Assembly (NCBI GenBank): GCA_964016885.1
Contig: OZ024742.1
Location: 4,464,001 to 4,528,000 of the forward strand
DNA: 64,000 nt
Direction of reading: 5' to 3'
Source of the DNA: Eledone cirrhosa
Lineage: Eukaryota
The notes under the pieces were generated by a model. It saw only the letters and a list, made by a program, of their open reading frames with translations, did no database searches and had not been told where the DNA came from. Both the position numbers and the translations under genes were made by a program. Within the stretch, counting starts at the first letter, position 1; every line of letters begins with the position of its first letter. Shown piece after piece: positions 45,628 to 59,265 of the stretch.

Positions 45628-46080
45628 GCTTACACCTCCTCTTATTCTCTCTCACACACACACATACACACACAAAGACCAGTTGTAACACGAGATAACA
45701 TCTATTCCCCACATTTACGTATAGACACTCACACTCTTCTCACAGTCACACACACACACACATACTTACACCTCACACATTCTCCCACACACTTAAACAG
45801 GCATGTACAAAAAAAACCTTTAAAGGGAGACGACTCTTTATCCACCTAACCGTAACTCTTTGACATTAGAGATAGAACAGATTCTCTATACCATTTCCTG
45901 TCAGCATGACTTGGCAAGGTATTTAGAACACTGGTTTAACCGCTTAACTTCCCTCCGAAGAAGAGATATTATCTCGAAAATTAAGGACATTTAAGTAAAT
46001 CTAAGGTAAAAGACTAATTGTCAACAATATCTTTTGCATTTGCATTCTTTATTCTGCATTGTTTTGGCTTTATTATATAT
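43703..46080 (+). mobile_element. Penelope/Poseidon-type PLE (YVDD RT + CCHH GIY-YIG), 5'-truncated, with inverted terminal copy 43703-43967 of 45360-45610
   Basis: IRPIVS, SIDIVSLYT, GLPMGSSLSG, TRYVDD, LSLLDF; VYRLECDKCSNFYVGSTTRPLHIRIKEH...H...IKEALII...PPIN. Ends at (TA)n. Confidence 0.9.
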
Positions 46081-46088
46081 ATACAAAC

Positions 46089-46123
<35 letters not shown>

Positions 46124-46783
46124 GGAAACAGTGTCTCTTAGGGTATTTCCGTTAGTTAAAGTATTTACCGGTCGCAGATCTTCGCTGAAGGAGGAGGGAT
46201 TTGAAACAACCCTAACCGCAAGCCAAACTGGAACCCTAGAAAATATAGCACAAAGCAACTCATTCGGCACTCTAACAATTACGACAATCTATGGCTCGTG
46301 GTTAAATATTTATCGATCCTAATAGGATAAAAAGCGAAGTCACCTTCTGCGGAATTTGAACGCAGAATGCAATGAGCCAAACACCAACTACTCAACCAAT
46401 ACGAGAACGTGACTAATCAAAGTGGAAGATATGACGTCATTAATAAAGCGATAAATGCAATAATGATCTTCTACGGATTCAATAATTGTAAATTGATTCT
46501 AAGTTTGTTTAGTGAGGGTCTTCTTATCGATAACTCTATGGTAAATCTTTATATCGAGAATTGATAATCCATCAAACATTGTAACGGCAAGATTTTGTGT
46601 GTGTGTGTATGCAAGTGTTTGTGTGTGTGTGTGTCTGTTTTGTGCAAGTGGGTGTGTATGTGTGTACATCGTTTTATTCATTTTATGTGCTTATACATAA
46701 ATATATATACAGACATATGTATACATACACATATAGGTAAAAGCTTTGAGAATTGTGTTTATATATATATATACATATATATA

Positions 46784-46857
<74 letters not shown>

Positions 46858-47082
46858 AACACAATTCTAAAAGCTTTTAGAGGTGTACATTATAGAGCTT
46901 CTCTTGTCATAGTTAGCTTGCAGGAGAAAACTTGCTGCGCATCTCTTCTAAGGAAATGGCGGTTCAATTTTCACTATAGACCCGGCTAAAAGCTGGGATC
47001 GTTCTACACACACACACATATATATATACTAGAATTCTATAAGAATATAACATCAGTAATCTCAGTAGACAGGAGGGTAGTT

Positions 47083-47127
47083 AGCCTTGATAAGCTTCAA
47101 CAAAAGCGAAACAAGGCCTTGTCGGCT
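47083..47127 (+). ncRNA. Type I hammerhead with U3-A8 variant core (also 39439-39483)
   Basis: agcc-TTGATAA-gctt caacaa aagc-GAAAC-aaggcctt-GTC-ggct. Confidence 0.7.
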
Positions 47128-47402
47128 TATCTCCCCTGTTTGCTGAGATTAAAGTAAGTGAATTTGTCACTACTCTAAAACAATAGCATACGGTCTTCAA
47201 AATGCTTTTAATTAAGCATAAAGTGTATTGCAAAATACATTATATATACATCCATATATATATTGCTATTTCAGAGCTCCAATTCTAATTTATATATATA
47301 CATATATATACACTTGTGCATGTAGGTGTCTATTATATACATATGTGTGTGTATATATACATATATATACACACACAGATTTGTGTATGTATATATAAAT
47401 AC

Positions 47403-47434
<32 letters not shown>

Positions 47435-47440
47435 TGAGAG

Positions 47441-47519
<79 letters not shown>

Positions 47520-48033
47520 GTCCCCAAAAAATGTATACACACTTCAACATGTATATACAATTCAAATGTATAAACACTTCAAATAAGTGCATACATTTTG
47601 GGGGGACACCCTGTATGTATATATCGTTGAATAAGTATTCCATAAATATAACTGTCACATATGTTACCGGAGTGAAATAATATCACAATGTCGCAGCCTT
47701 CCAGCAATCCTCTAACCCAATCCAATATAATTCCTTCGTATATTGTAATATTTAAGTAAATTGAAAAATCGCTGGAATGAAAATAATATATTTCTAGTGG
47801 TTTAGCTGAGAAATTAGGTTAATGATTTTCGTTTCAGGTTTTGTGGTTGTGTTGGAGCTGTTCAAACTTTAATTTAAAGAAAAATATTTCGATTTTTAAG
47901 AAATATTTTAGTTTCATATTATTTAGGTGTGTACTATATGGAATTTGCCTTGGAACCTGCAGTGTGCAGGGTATTAAGATATGTTCACTCAATGTCACTA
48001 TCACCCGTCGAGAAAGAGAGAAACTGATGCGAC

Positions 48034-48409
48034 TTTCTTCTTCTTCTTCTTCTTCTTCTTCTTCTTCTTCTTCTTCTTCTTCTTCTTCTTCTTCTTCTTC
48101 TTCTTCTTCTTCTTCTTCTTCTTTATTTATTTATTTTTCTTCCTTTTCTTCTTTTTCTTTTTTTTATATCTTTTCTTTTTCTTTCTCTTGTTCTTTTTAT
48201 TTTTATTTTTATTTTTATTTTTATTTTTATTTTTATTTTTATTTTTATTTTTATTTTTATTTTTATTTTTATTTTTATTTTTATTTTTATTTTTATTTTT
48301 ATTTTTATTTTTATTTTTATTTTTATTTTTATTTTTATTTTTATTTTTATTTTTATTTTTATTTTTATTTTTATTTTTATTTTTATTTTTATTTTTATTT
48401 TTATTTTTA

Positions 48410-48440
<31 letters not shown>

Positions 48441-48565
48441 TTTATTTTTATTTTTATTTTTATTTTTATTTTTCCTTTTCTTTTTCCTTTCCTTTTTCTT
48501 TTTTCTTTTTCTAATTTTTCTTTTAATTTTCTTTTTCTTTCTTTTTCTTTTTTTCTTTTTCTTCT
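48034..48565. repeat. (TTC)n, (TTTTTA)n and pyrimidine tracts
   Basis: Seen directly. Confidence 0.95.
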
Positions 48566-49814
48566 TCACCCACATATTCCTGGGAGGGTCGCGGGAGGAG
48601 AGCCCTCAAACTCTCCTTCTAACGATACTTGTCAGAAGCAACCCTTTCCATTTCGACCAGCTGGATTCCCAAGCGAGAAGAAGTGAGTTCATAGATGTAT
48701 TCTAACCATCTTGCTTGAGGTCTAACCCTGGGTCTCCTGTCGTTTGGTTTTGTCTGTAAAATATGTCCAGAGATTCTTTCCTGATACATTCTAACCACAT
48801 ATCCGTAATATCGGAGCTGTGATCTCTTAATTCAGAGACGTGATGGCCCTACCTGGATCGACTCTCTGCTCTCCGAGCTACGCAATCTATCGAGTAACGT
48901 GACCTTCTCTGAAAATAATTGTACAGCAAGCTGGGTATTGGTAAAAAAATTTAGTATCTTTTGAAACATAACTTTTACTTTGCTAGTATTGTGCAGAATC
49001 AATATAGATCATTTGGTTAGTGTATAGATCAAGTTTATTAGATTTTTGACTGGTTTATCGAAATATATTTTAGATACACCATAGTAGTTACTAAAATAAT
49101 ATGTTTTAGATTGACATAAGGCCATTGATTTTGGTTGTGATTCTAGTTGATTAAATTAACACAGAACTTGTCTGCTTCGTATTTTATAGAAACAATGAAT
49201 ATGAAAGATGAACAAGATAAACATCGACCTCGTCTGTATTTATAAACAAAAAAGGTTAAAGATTACATAAATAAATGTCTGAAAGTCTCTTCCTTACACA
49301 TCCACATTTACAACACCGTGTCAATAACTGTGTAAATAGTCGCTGAAACTCCTGGAAATACGACACAAATCGTTCACAAATCCCAACCTAAAATCTTTAT
49401 AATGTTGTCAAGGAACATTGTTTGAAGAAACTACGAGATGGCCATAGCTGGAATGAGTTTTATCTTAAATTTGATTTATCTTGGAAGTAAACAACAACAG
49501 CTATTCCAATTATTAAAGTGTATTCTCTAGTGAGGGTGAAACTAGTGTACTCTATACATTATGGGACATGGGTGGTGGCTCAGAGATGATTTCATCATTA
49601 TTTGATACATATCTAGGGATGAAGGTATGGATGGATGGATGGTCCTGTAACTTCCGAGGGAGTCGTAGGGGAACCGTACCAACGTATGGCGTTTCTAGGG
49701 CATTTTTAAAAATCTGGCGGAGCTCCTCTCCTCTCCTCTCCGGGTCTTAATACAGCAGATTTCTTCCAGAGAAAGATAGAGAGTGAGAGAATGAAAGTGA
49801 GAAAGAGAAATTGA

Positions 49815-52072
49815 AGAATCGACACCCAGTACTTGACTAGGATTTTTTATGGACCTCGAATGGATGAAAGACATAGTTGATTTTGGCAGGATTTGAGCTC
49901 AGAAAGCAAAGGGCCAAAACGAATTCCGCAAAGCATTCTATCTGAATTTCTAACGACTGACAATTCGCTGCCAACAGGGAAGTAAGTATTATAGATTTCA
50001 ATCCTCTTGAAAATATAGGTACGGAGGAAATGAAACTCTGCACTTCAATCTATAAAGTAACACCCAATTCTACCTTAATTCACAGCCTACATTCCTAAAA
50101 GACATATTGGAGCCTTAATTTACAGTTAACACTCCTAAAAAAAAACAGATTGGATACTGGTGTCCAAGGATCACTATTCGTAATATCACACAAAAAACAT
50201 AATTACTCCCAACACACTCGTCTCTCCTCCGCTCATCACTCATGCTGTGGTCAGCCCAACATCGAGGCCTCACACTACACATCGTCTTTCTCACCAGAAT
50301 TTCCGGCATCTGTAACTCTCTCCTCACTCGTGTATTACGCAAAGAAGTGGATTTAGACAACAATGCTATCAGTCTCTCCGATCTTGGAGGAGAAGTTAGG
50401 AAAGCCATGAGCCCTGTCCTTTCTATCAAGCAAACCCCTTCAGTCCTTCACTCCCAGAACCTTGGCTATCTGGAACTGCATTCATACCCATACCGTTCCT
50501 AAAAGACTGGACCTGCAACAGGACATCAACAACATGGATCGCTCTGTTGTCGGTGGGGGTCTGTGAAATACGACTTTTTCCAGATCTACCAAATAATAAT
50601 ACTGCATGCACACACTTTTCAATTCAGCAGTGATACAGAACAAGTGCAAGTAAAGAAATCCCTGGATACAATTTAACCAGCTACATTGATATGTGTGATT
50701 GTTGATAACTAAATGTCTTATGAGCTTAAAAATGTACAATTTCCCAACATCTCTTGCAATATATATGCCACATCTACTTCGATTTTGTCACATCTGTCTA
50801 TTTCTTTTGTTATTGGGGGTATGTTCTAGGCTATTAGAACCTATAAATGTAGAATAATAGGATATATTTACGAACTGACAGAATGAACTAGGAATATCAT
50901 TTAAGATGTCTGTAATATAAAAATGGTTGTGTTAATTAATACCTAGAGTCTAATTAAATATATACGATAATTCTTTTGATATAAGAAACATTTTTCAATT
51001 GTAAGATTTCAAAGTCATATATTATTGAATTATGTCAACAACAATTCTGAACTTTAGTATAATATAATCAGAGAAACATTAGTAATATTCAGGTTTTAAA
51101 CTACGGGGGGGGGGGGGGGGTACTGTGCTTAATATCGGGTATAGACTAAGAAAAACATAATTTCTTTAGTCTGTATTATTTTCTTTCAACTAAATATAAT
51201 TCAACATTGTCTTGTCTTACCTTGTCTTACCTTACCTTGCTCCCCCAAGGCAAGGTAAGGAGTCATATGGGTACCATACTCACCTACACTATATTTTGGC
51301 TGTTTTTAAATTTGGTGGAGCCCAAACCTTTCGCGTTTAACCATAGTTGGTTTCTTCCAGAGAGAGACAAACAAGCACCATAAATATTGAGCAAACAATC
51401 AACCCCACCATTAAACTGGTACTTTATTTATCGACAAAATTATGAAAGCTAAGTTGATCTCGGTAAAATTATAATTCAGAGTTCAATATGCCGGAACGAA
51501 TGCGATAAGGCATTCTAACCGACGCTTTAACGATTCTGCCAATGGCTGCCTATAATATATAAATATGGCTTTATTTTAACTATTTCATATTATATTAAAT
51601 ATTTGTATTGTAATTATGTATGAACCTGTGCCCCATGAAGTTATAGGGCCATCGTCATGGTATTCGATATCTCTGGCATTTTAAATCTGGTGGAGTCTCT
51701 AGGTGACATATGACATTTCATTTCAAGCTTGGTGGAGCCTATCCCCTCTCCAGGTCTGAACAGATTCGATTTATTCCAGAGAAGGACAGAATGTGAGAAA
51801 AACATATAGACGATGAATCAATTCCCAGTACTTGACTGGTACTTTTTATTGACCTAGAAAAGTAAAGTTAACCTTAGCAGGATTTAAACTCAGAGCGCAG
51901 AGGGCCGAATACAACAAAGCATTCTATCCGACGGTCTAACCACTGCCAATTTGCCGTCTCAGTATTTGTATTGATATGACCCTGTAACTCCTGATGGGAT
52001 CGTGGAGGAACCATATTGACCAGGTTTGAACACAGTAGATTTCTTCCAGAGAAAGATAGAAAGTGTGTGTGC

Positions 52073-52135
<63 letters not shown>

Positions 52136-52205
52136 GACCCAGTACTTGACTGGTGCTGAATTTATCTACTTCGAAAGGATGAAAGGCAAAGTTGACCTCG
52201 GAGTA
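49815..52205 (-). mobile_element. Cluster of diverged SINE copies (~49815-49975, 51405-51550, 51815-51960, 52130-52205)
   Basis: ccagtacttgactgg...gatgaaag..aaagttgacct...gatttgaactcaga cores. Confidence 0.6.
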
Positions 52206-52813
52206 TTTGTATTACGAATAAATAACTAAGCTGAAACGTTGCTAAAATCGCTCTGTTAAATCACAATCTGCAATCTCAGAAATAAACATAATATTACATA
52301 ATATTTCCTTGTCACACACACACCTTTAGATCTGTGGATTTTAACGACTGGAATGTTATTCATTGCAGGTTTGTTTCAATAGAGCATATCTGGAGATTAA
52401 CAACGACAGAGTTAATGTATGTGACGTGAGGAAGGGTTAACATTATATTGCATCCATCATTGTTTACTAACATGGCAACATGTTTCATGCGATAATATTT
52501 AAAGAAAATCCTTACATCAAACCTGTTGCTGTAAAACACACTTGAAATCCATTATCTACTTTAAATAAGAAGTTTTCTCGTATTGAGCCATTGGTTGGTG
52601 GAGCATTCCATCAATTCTACTTTCCTACTCACCACTCACCACTACACTATACATAAACAGAATATAAGGTTGGTATATATATAAATAAGTATATATAAAT
52701 ATATATATATATGTGTGTCTGTCTGTGTGTATATATATATATATATATAAAACATGAGAAGAAAGAAGAATACTGCGTGGTTGCACATGGGTTACATATG
52801 ATAAAAATAGTTC

Positions 52814-52879
52814 TTCGTCAGTGATTTGCCAACCATCATTGATATTTCATCGCTTTAAAAATCATAAACCTCCGGTTGG
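52814..52879 (-). ncRNA. Candidate permuted k-turn hammerhead (family K; host fragment ~52760-52948)
   Basis: Minus strand: ccaacc-g-GA-ggttt-A-tgattt-ttaaagcgat-GAAAtatc-aat-GA-t-ggttgg-c-aaatca-CTGACGA-a. One mismatch in proximal stem III. Confidence 0.5.
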
Positions 52880-52945
52880 TGCGAGCATTTACTATAAAAA
52901 GCTATTGGGACAAGTAAATCGCGTAAAGCGAGTGGGACAAGTAAA

Positions 52946-53002
<57 letters not shown>

Positions 53003-53078
53003 CGAAGGAAATGTGGTAAGGAAACAGGTGGACCATAACGCACCAAAGTACTCAATACTTAGGGTAGTAGAGTGGGTA

Positions 53079-53194
53079 ATAGGAACCAGTAAGACCCCGA
53101 CAGCTGAGCTCAAGCCGTTTCGACGGCTAATTCAGGACTGAATTAGCCGTCGAAACGGCTTGAGCTCAGCTGTCGGGGTCTTACTGGTTCCTAT
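53079..53194. repeat. 57 bp-arm hairpin with 2 nt spacer (HHR 3'-half family)
   Basis: Arms 53079-53135 and 53138-53194 are reverse complements. Homologous to 5735-5795. Confidence 0.9.
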
Positions 53195-53294
53195 ATATAT
53201 ATATATATAGTAATAATAATAAAATTGAAGACTAAAATCCAAAGAGGGCTCGATAAGGAAAATATATATCAAATATATAAGAACCGAAGAGCAA

Positions 53295-53742
53295 ATATTT
53301 ATTAATATAACAGATTAAAGTTTAAGCAAAGAATCGCTGCTTTCACCCTTAACGGGATCTTCTGAAACTAACAAAGTCAATCTGTAAACGCAGAACTGGA
53401 TATTTCAAAAAACGTTGCAACCGGAGGAAGACAGGAAGACGATACTTTGGTTCATGGTGACGTTCGCTGGCAAAGAACGGGAAAAAACGAATAATACGTC
53501 ATTAATAGGAGCGGTGAAAAACAATTACGCGCAAAGACAGAACCACGTTTATGGTATAAAAGAGGTCGTAGATTAATGTTAACGTCACCATGAACCAAAG
53601 TATCGTCTTCCTGTCTTCCTCCGGTTGCAACGTTTTTTGAAATATCCAGTTCTGCGTTTACAGATTGACTTTGTTAGTTTCAGAAGATCCCGTTAAGGGT
53701 GAAAGCAGCGATTCTTTGCTTAAACTTTAATCTGTTATATTA

Positions 53743-53750
<8 letters not shown>
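53295..53750. repeat. 170 bp inverted repeat (53295-53464 / 53581-53750), pLTR-like, in (TA)n
   Basis: Direct reverse-complement match. Confidence 0.85.
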
Positions 53751-53789
<39 letters not shown>

Positions 53790-54614
53790 TGTGTGTGTGT
53801 GTATAATATATATTATATATATATATTATATATGTTCGTGCCTATGTCTATGTGTGTGTACATATATAGATATGGGTGCATATATGTATGTGGGTGTGCG
53901 TGTATATATATATATATATATATGAGTAGGCTTCGATATGTGCCTGTGTACGCGCGGGCATATGTATATGTATGTATGCGTGTATATATGTGTATATATA
54001 TATATTTACATATATATGTGTACATGTGGGTGTATATATGTGTTTGCATGTGCCCATGTATGAGGGTGTGAATATATGTATGTGTACGTGTATGCGCACG
54101 CGTGTGCGCGTACGTGCGGGTGTGTGTGTACATGTCCGCAGAAATACGTGTGTGATCAGGAGTTATGAGTGTCTGTGTGTGAGCACACGTATGTGTGGGT
54201 GTGTGTATGTCGAGGTACGGGCAAACTCGGGACAGGCAAGGCAGATTACAACCCCCTGCCCACGTAGCAGTAATTCTGGCGACAGAATTAAGGTGAGAGA
54301 CAGCTGAATGGAAATAGACAGTGGGCAGTTTTGAATGGTCAAACATACAGATGATGACTCGAACTCTTGACCAATGGATGGGCCACGTAAACAGGATGAT
54401 GACAGATGGAGGAAACTCAAAGGGACAGAATACATCAGACAGAAGATTTGCTTCGAAGTAACTAGACGTATCTGAGGAACTTGCGAATCCAGAGTGAGGT
54501 TCGATCCACGAATAGATCGCACCTCGAACTGTTCGCCGGAGAAACAATTCTAGTACGTTAATACATTGTGTTTCGATGCATCACTGATTTTTCGTTTTCT
54601 ATATTATTATTATT

Positions 54615-55040
54615 TGGATTAGCAGTATCGGTAGAGGGTTGGACGCCATACTTTGAAGCATAGAGTTACTTCCCTTTATGATCTGAGTTCAAATCCCGCC
54701 GAGGTTGACTTTGCCTTTCATCCTTACAGGGTCGATAAAATAAAGTACCAGTAATGCACTGGAATAATTGCTGGCCTAGTGCCAAAAGTAGAAACAATTA
54801 TTATTATTATTATATATATATATAATAAATGTAATCTGAGTTTTTTCGGATATTAATAATTGTTTTTATTTTAGGCACAAGGCCAGCAAATTACCCAGTA
54901 CATTACTGATACTTTATTTTATCGACCCCGTAAGGATGAAAGGCAAAGTCAACCTCGGCGGGATTTGAACTCAGATCTTAAAGGGACGTAACTATGCTGG
55001 AAAGCATGGCGTCCGACCCTCTACCGATACTGCCAAACCT
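54615..55040. mobile_element. Two oppositely oriented SINE copies (54615-54800 plus; ~54860-55040 minus)
   Basis: The two copies are near reverse complements and both carry the tRNA-like head and core. Confidence 0.85.
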
Positions 55041-55523
55041 CAATAACATTCAATTCGTTTGCAATTTTGCAAACAAGCCTCAATTTTATAGCCATGTCAG
55101 TAGAATGAACATTTCATTCTTGCTTTTGTGTTGGCACGCGATCAGGACTGCAGACACTAATGTTCTGGGTATCACCCTTCATCAGTACAGCTCACTGTTC
55201 ACCTGCCAAACTGTCAGGGTAGTGGAAATATATGCTATTTTCAAAAATACGCAGTGACTGATCGGCCCGATTTGCATATTAGCGACTGGCAGATCAGTAA
55301 GATCTGCATATTAGCAGATCCACTGATCAGCCAGATTTGCATATCAGCAGACTGGCCAGTCAGTTTCCTGTATAAGAGCGATAAATGGCCGGCTTTGCCA
55401 ACACATTTAGCAAGAATGAAGTGTTCATTCTACTGACATGGCTATAAAATTGAGGCTTGTTTGCAAAATTGCAAACCAATTGAATGTTATTATTAATATT
55501 CGAAAAAAACTCAGATTACATTT
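54827..55523. mobile_element. Fold-back/MITE-like element with long TIRs; left TIR interrupted by a SINE
   Basis: 54827-54859 plus 55042-55135 are the reverse complement of ~55395-55523. Confidence 0.65.
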
Positions 55524-56399
55524 CTTGTATTCAGTCATGTAGAGCGAAATGTTCTTTTATATGTATATATATATATATATAAAATTTCAGGTTATCAATA
55601 ATGTAGTGATAATATATCGTTACGTTAGAGATGAACAGCGTACGTGTAGGTTTGCTCAACGAGTATAAATTATTTTCCGGAGAAAATGTAGAAAAGATGA
55701 ATATAAAATGAAAGTGCTTTTTTTTTAAAAGGAATTTATTAGGTATTGACATATGTTTCTGTAACAGACGGAATACCTATGTATCGCTGCTTGCGTAACC
55801 ATATAATGTTAGCAAGTATTCGATAGCAAATGTATAATCAGTTGTCACTTCTTCAGAGATATTGGATAAATTGGATAAAATCAGAAAAATTGAAGTATTT
55901 ATATTAGTAATAGAGGAAGAAGAGAGGGGATAGTATATGACAGATGGTAATTCAATTTACTGCTAAACAAGTATATAAAGGGTTTCTAATGAGAATACCA
56001 TGAGTAAATGGTTCATTTTATCTAAATAAGAATTTTTGGGAGTGCCAATTTTAATCTCTACTTGACCAACTGGACAGTGGACAGGGCTGGTCATTTGGTG
56101 TAGTAGTACTAATTATAAAGTGTCAATTGGGGAAGGGGGAGATTTCGATTGCTACTGAATAACATCACTGCTAGTAGCCAGATGGTATGTGCATTAGGGA
56201 ATTGAATTAAGAAATCAGAAATCTCATTTTATCTATAGCAGTTTATATTAAATGGTAAATAATAGAAGAGTTGATAGAATTAAGACTAATAGAGAATGTT
56301 AATATCTATTTTGACAACCAAACGGAGATAGAGACGGGCGTTCAATCCTGGTGGTATTTATAATATGAAAATGTAGATTTTAAACGATGGTTACAGTAT

Positions 56400-57150
56400 A
56401 ACGATCGCTCTATTCTGTTATTTAATAAAATGTTTTTGGATTTCATAATACAAAATAATTCTACATTACATAATTTACAAAATTCCTGTCCGTGGGATTA
56501 TGGGGGGGGGGGGGGGGGGCAGCCGCTATTATATCCCATTTAAGGTGAAATTGTTGGTTATTTTCACGCAGCTGCCAAGCCTTGTCTGCGAGTGTTGTTA
56601 CATAACGCTGGTTTTCATGTTTTATCGAGTAACGATGTCTATAAAGGCGTGATTTGAAGGAGGTGGCTGTAGATCCCACATAGTACCACTTCTGTCTATC
56701 CGATTCGATAGTACATTTGTATACGATGTTGCGTTCAAGACACTGATTGTTCAACGGACACATTCCTGGTTGGGCACAGTTGCAATTATAATTTTGCGTT
56801 GTTGTATTGTCATGGATGGGTTGATGAGGTTGCTTAGGTAGGACAGGATGTTGTTTGTTGTTTTGTGATGTTATAGCTAATGTTTTACGTGTATTGTTAT
56901 GTGTTGGAAGGCGTTTATACAACCGTTTTGCGTTAAGCTTTTTTATATGTTGTTCAATATTAGGGGCGGTTGAATATGAAAGTCGAATAGTGTTAGGGTT
57001 TAAGATTTTATTATATTTATGTGATGTTGGAAAGTGTTTTTAACTAATCGAAAGAATTGTGAGGGTAGATTGGTTTTAATAGTGTTGTTTTAGACCGGGT
57101 TGTACCAAATATACTCTTTACATCGCCTTCTGTTTGGTGGTGTGCGACTA
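56400..57150 (-). pseudogene. Naiad-like PLE thumb + GIY-YIG fragment
   Basis: CNCAQPGMCPLNNQCL, IVYKC, YYVGST..FKSRLYRH, LKWDII. Confidence 0.85.
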
Positions 57151-57155
57151 TTATT

Positions 57156-58315
57156 GTGTCAGCATACGCCTCTAAAATGGAAAGGCACCAATTGGATATG
57201 TCGTTAAAAAACATACCTATTCAGGCAAAAAGGGAATATATTCTAGGTATGATACGAAGGACCAATGATTTTATTCGACGAATCAGATGGAAAACATTCC
57301 ATTTTGACAAAAGCCGTATAAACCAAACATCGGATCTTAACAAGGATAAATTTGGATTTAAATCTTACAAGAACCCACCCTCAAACCCACTTTTGGATGC
57401 ATTTGAACAAGACCTAATGGATATGATCATGGAGATCAAATTTACAAAACGGAAGAACAATAAACTACAGAATGACATCACGGCACTGCTCAATAATCTA
57501 AAAAACGCCAATGGAATTATTGTTAGAGCAGACAAAACATCAAATGTATATACCATGGATGTGGACACTTACAATAACTTCATCCGTAAGGAATTGCATA
57601 AAAAATACAAGAAAACTAATGAAGCTACACTTAAAAACATCAACAACTCGGCATGTGAAATTGTTAAAAAACTTTGTATTGACGATAGAACGCAACCCTT
57701 AAAACCAGCTATACCATCCTTCAACCTGAAGGACCACAAGGTAAACTTCGATACTAACCCTAATATTAGACTTATATGCCCCTCTAAATCTGATATAGGC
57801 AAAATTAGCAAATATATACTAGACAGAATTATCCCCCAAGTTAAGGTTAAAGTAGAAATTAAACTATGGGGTAACACTCATGAAGCAATAAGATGGTTTA
57901 ATAACATTACTGATAAGAAAAAAATCAAAATTTATTCAGTTTGATATTGATGAATATTATTCCTCAATTTCACCTGATACTCTACATGAAGCTCTTTCGT
58001 TCGCTAAGGCTAATTCCGACCTTACGGATGCTGAAATTAAAATTATTATGGAAGCGAGGAAAACTATAGTTAAATTCGATGATAGCTACTGGGTTCGCAA
58101 AGTTAGACCTTCTAATTTTGATATTACTATGGGTTCTAATGATTCGGCGGAAGTAACAGATCTTGTGGGAACTTATATCACCCACAGACTACAAGGAAAA
58201 TTCAAGGATCTCCACGGTGGAATCTACCGTGATGATGCGCTCCTATTAGTTAAGCATATGAATAACCAGAATTTAGAAAGGATGCGTAAAAATATCAGAA
58301 AGCTTTTTAAGGAAC
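57156..58315 (+). pseudogene. Naiad-like PLE ORF N-terminus and RT core, one frameshift near 57925, truncated at 58315
   Basis: SLKNIP, FIRRIRWK, ADKTSN.Y, LKDHKVNF...RLICPSKSDIGKISK, FDITMGSNDSAEVTDLVG, GGIYRDDAL. Confidence 0.9.
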
Positions 58316-58642
58316 CTTTTCTCGCGGGCATTTGGCCAAGCCGGTATGAATTTTTTTCTCTCTCTCTCGTCTGCGACTTCACAGAACTTATGTTTACCGA
58401 ATTCGCAGACCAGACACCTTCTTCCTCCCGTTAGACCTGTGCGAAATTCCTTCCTTGCTCACATTTCAACCAGGTTTGATGGTCTTTATTCTCTCGTTCA
58501 CGATTCCACCGAATTTATATTCATAGAAATCTGGGACTTGTTTCTTCTTCATCACTTTCTGTTGCTTAAACCATTTTGTTTGTTTACCCTAGCGTCCCCC
58601 TTATTTACGTGTCCCAACGACTTTTTTTAGCCGTTGCTCGCA

Positions 58643-58708
58643 CCAACCTGAGGTATATGGCCTTTAATGCGACGAAATGCCTACGACTGTTGGAAGGCCA
58701 CTGATGAG
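58643..58708 (+). ncRNA. Candidate permuted k-turn hammerhead (family K)
   Basis: ccaacc-t-GA-ggtat-A-tggcctt-taatgcgac-GAAAtgcc-tac-GA-c-tgttgg-aaggcca-CTGATGA-g. Predicted cleavage after 58657. Confidence 0.6.
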
Positions 58709-59265
58709 GACAAACTTTTCATATGTAACCCATTTGCAGCGCCGCAGCTCCATTATTATCATATTTACACATATATTTTTTTCCTCCGCTGCCACCAGTC
58801 TGTTTCGTTCTTTGTGTCTTTACCCTTTCTAGCAGTCTCTCTCTCTCTCTGTTAGCCTCTTCATCACCTTTCACTCACTCACTCTCTGTCACTACCTCTC
58901 CTCCTCCCCTTTCTTCCCGTTTGACCTGTCCGTAATCCTTTTCTCGCGGGTACTTTGCCTAGCCGGTATGAATTTTTTTTCTCTCTCTCTCGTCTGCGAC
59001 TTCACAGAACTTATGTTTACCGAATTCGCAGACCAGACCCCTTCTTCCTCCCGTTAGACCTGTGCGAAATTCCTTCCTTGCTCACATTTCAACCAGGTTT
59101 GATGGTCTTTATTCTCTCGTTCACGATTCCACCGAATTTATATTCATAGAAATCTGGGACTTGTTTCTTCTTCATCACTTTCTGTTGCTTAAACCATTTT
59201 GTTTGTTTACCCTAGCGTCCTCCTTATTTACGTGTCCCAACGACTTCTTTTAGCCATTGTTCGCA

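Noticed and set aside
47841-48686. 281 aa Ser/Phe/Tyr ORF
   Set aside because: Translation of (TTC)n and (TTTTTA)n repeats.
50070-50740. Moderately complex ORFs, possible host exon or LINE remnant
   Set aside because: No recognisable domain or convincing splice structure; needs a homology search.
56400-58315. Selenocysteine recoding in Naiad-like ORFs (reported for some Naiads)
   Set aside because: Cys motifs use ordinary Cys codons and the breaks I checked are frameshifts, not in-frame TGA at Cys positions. No SECIS recognised.
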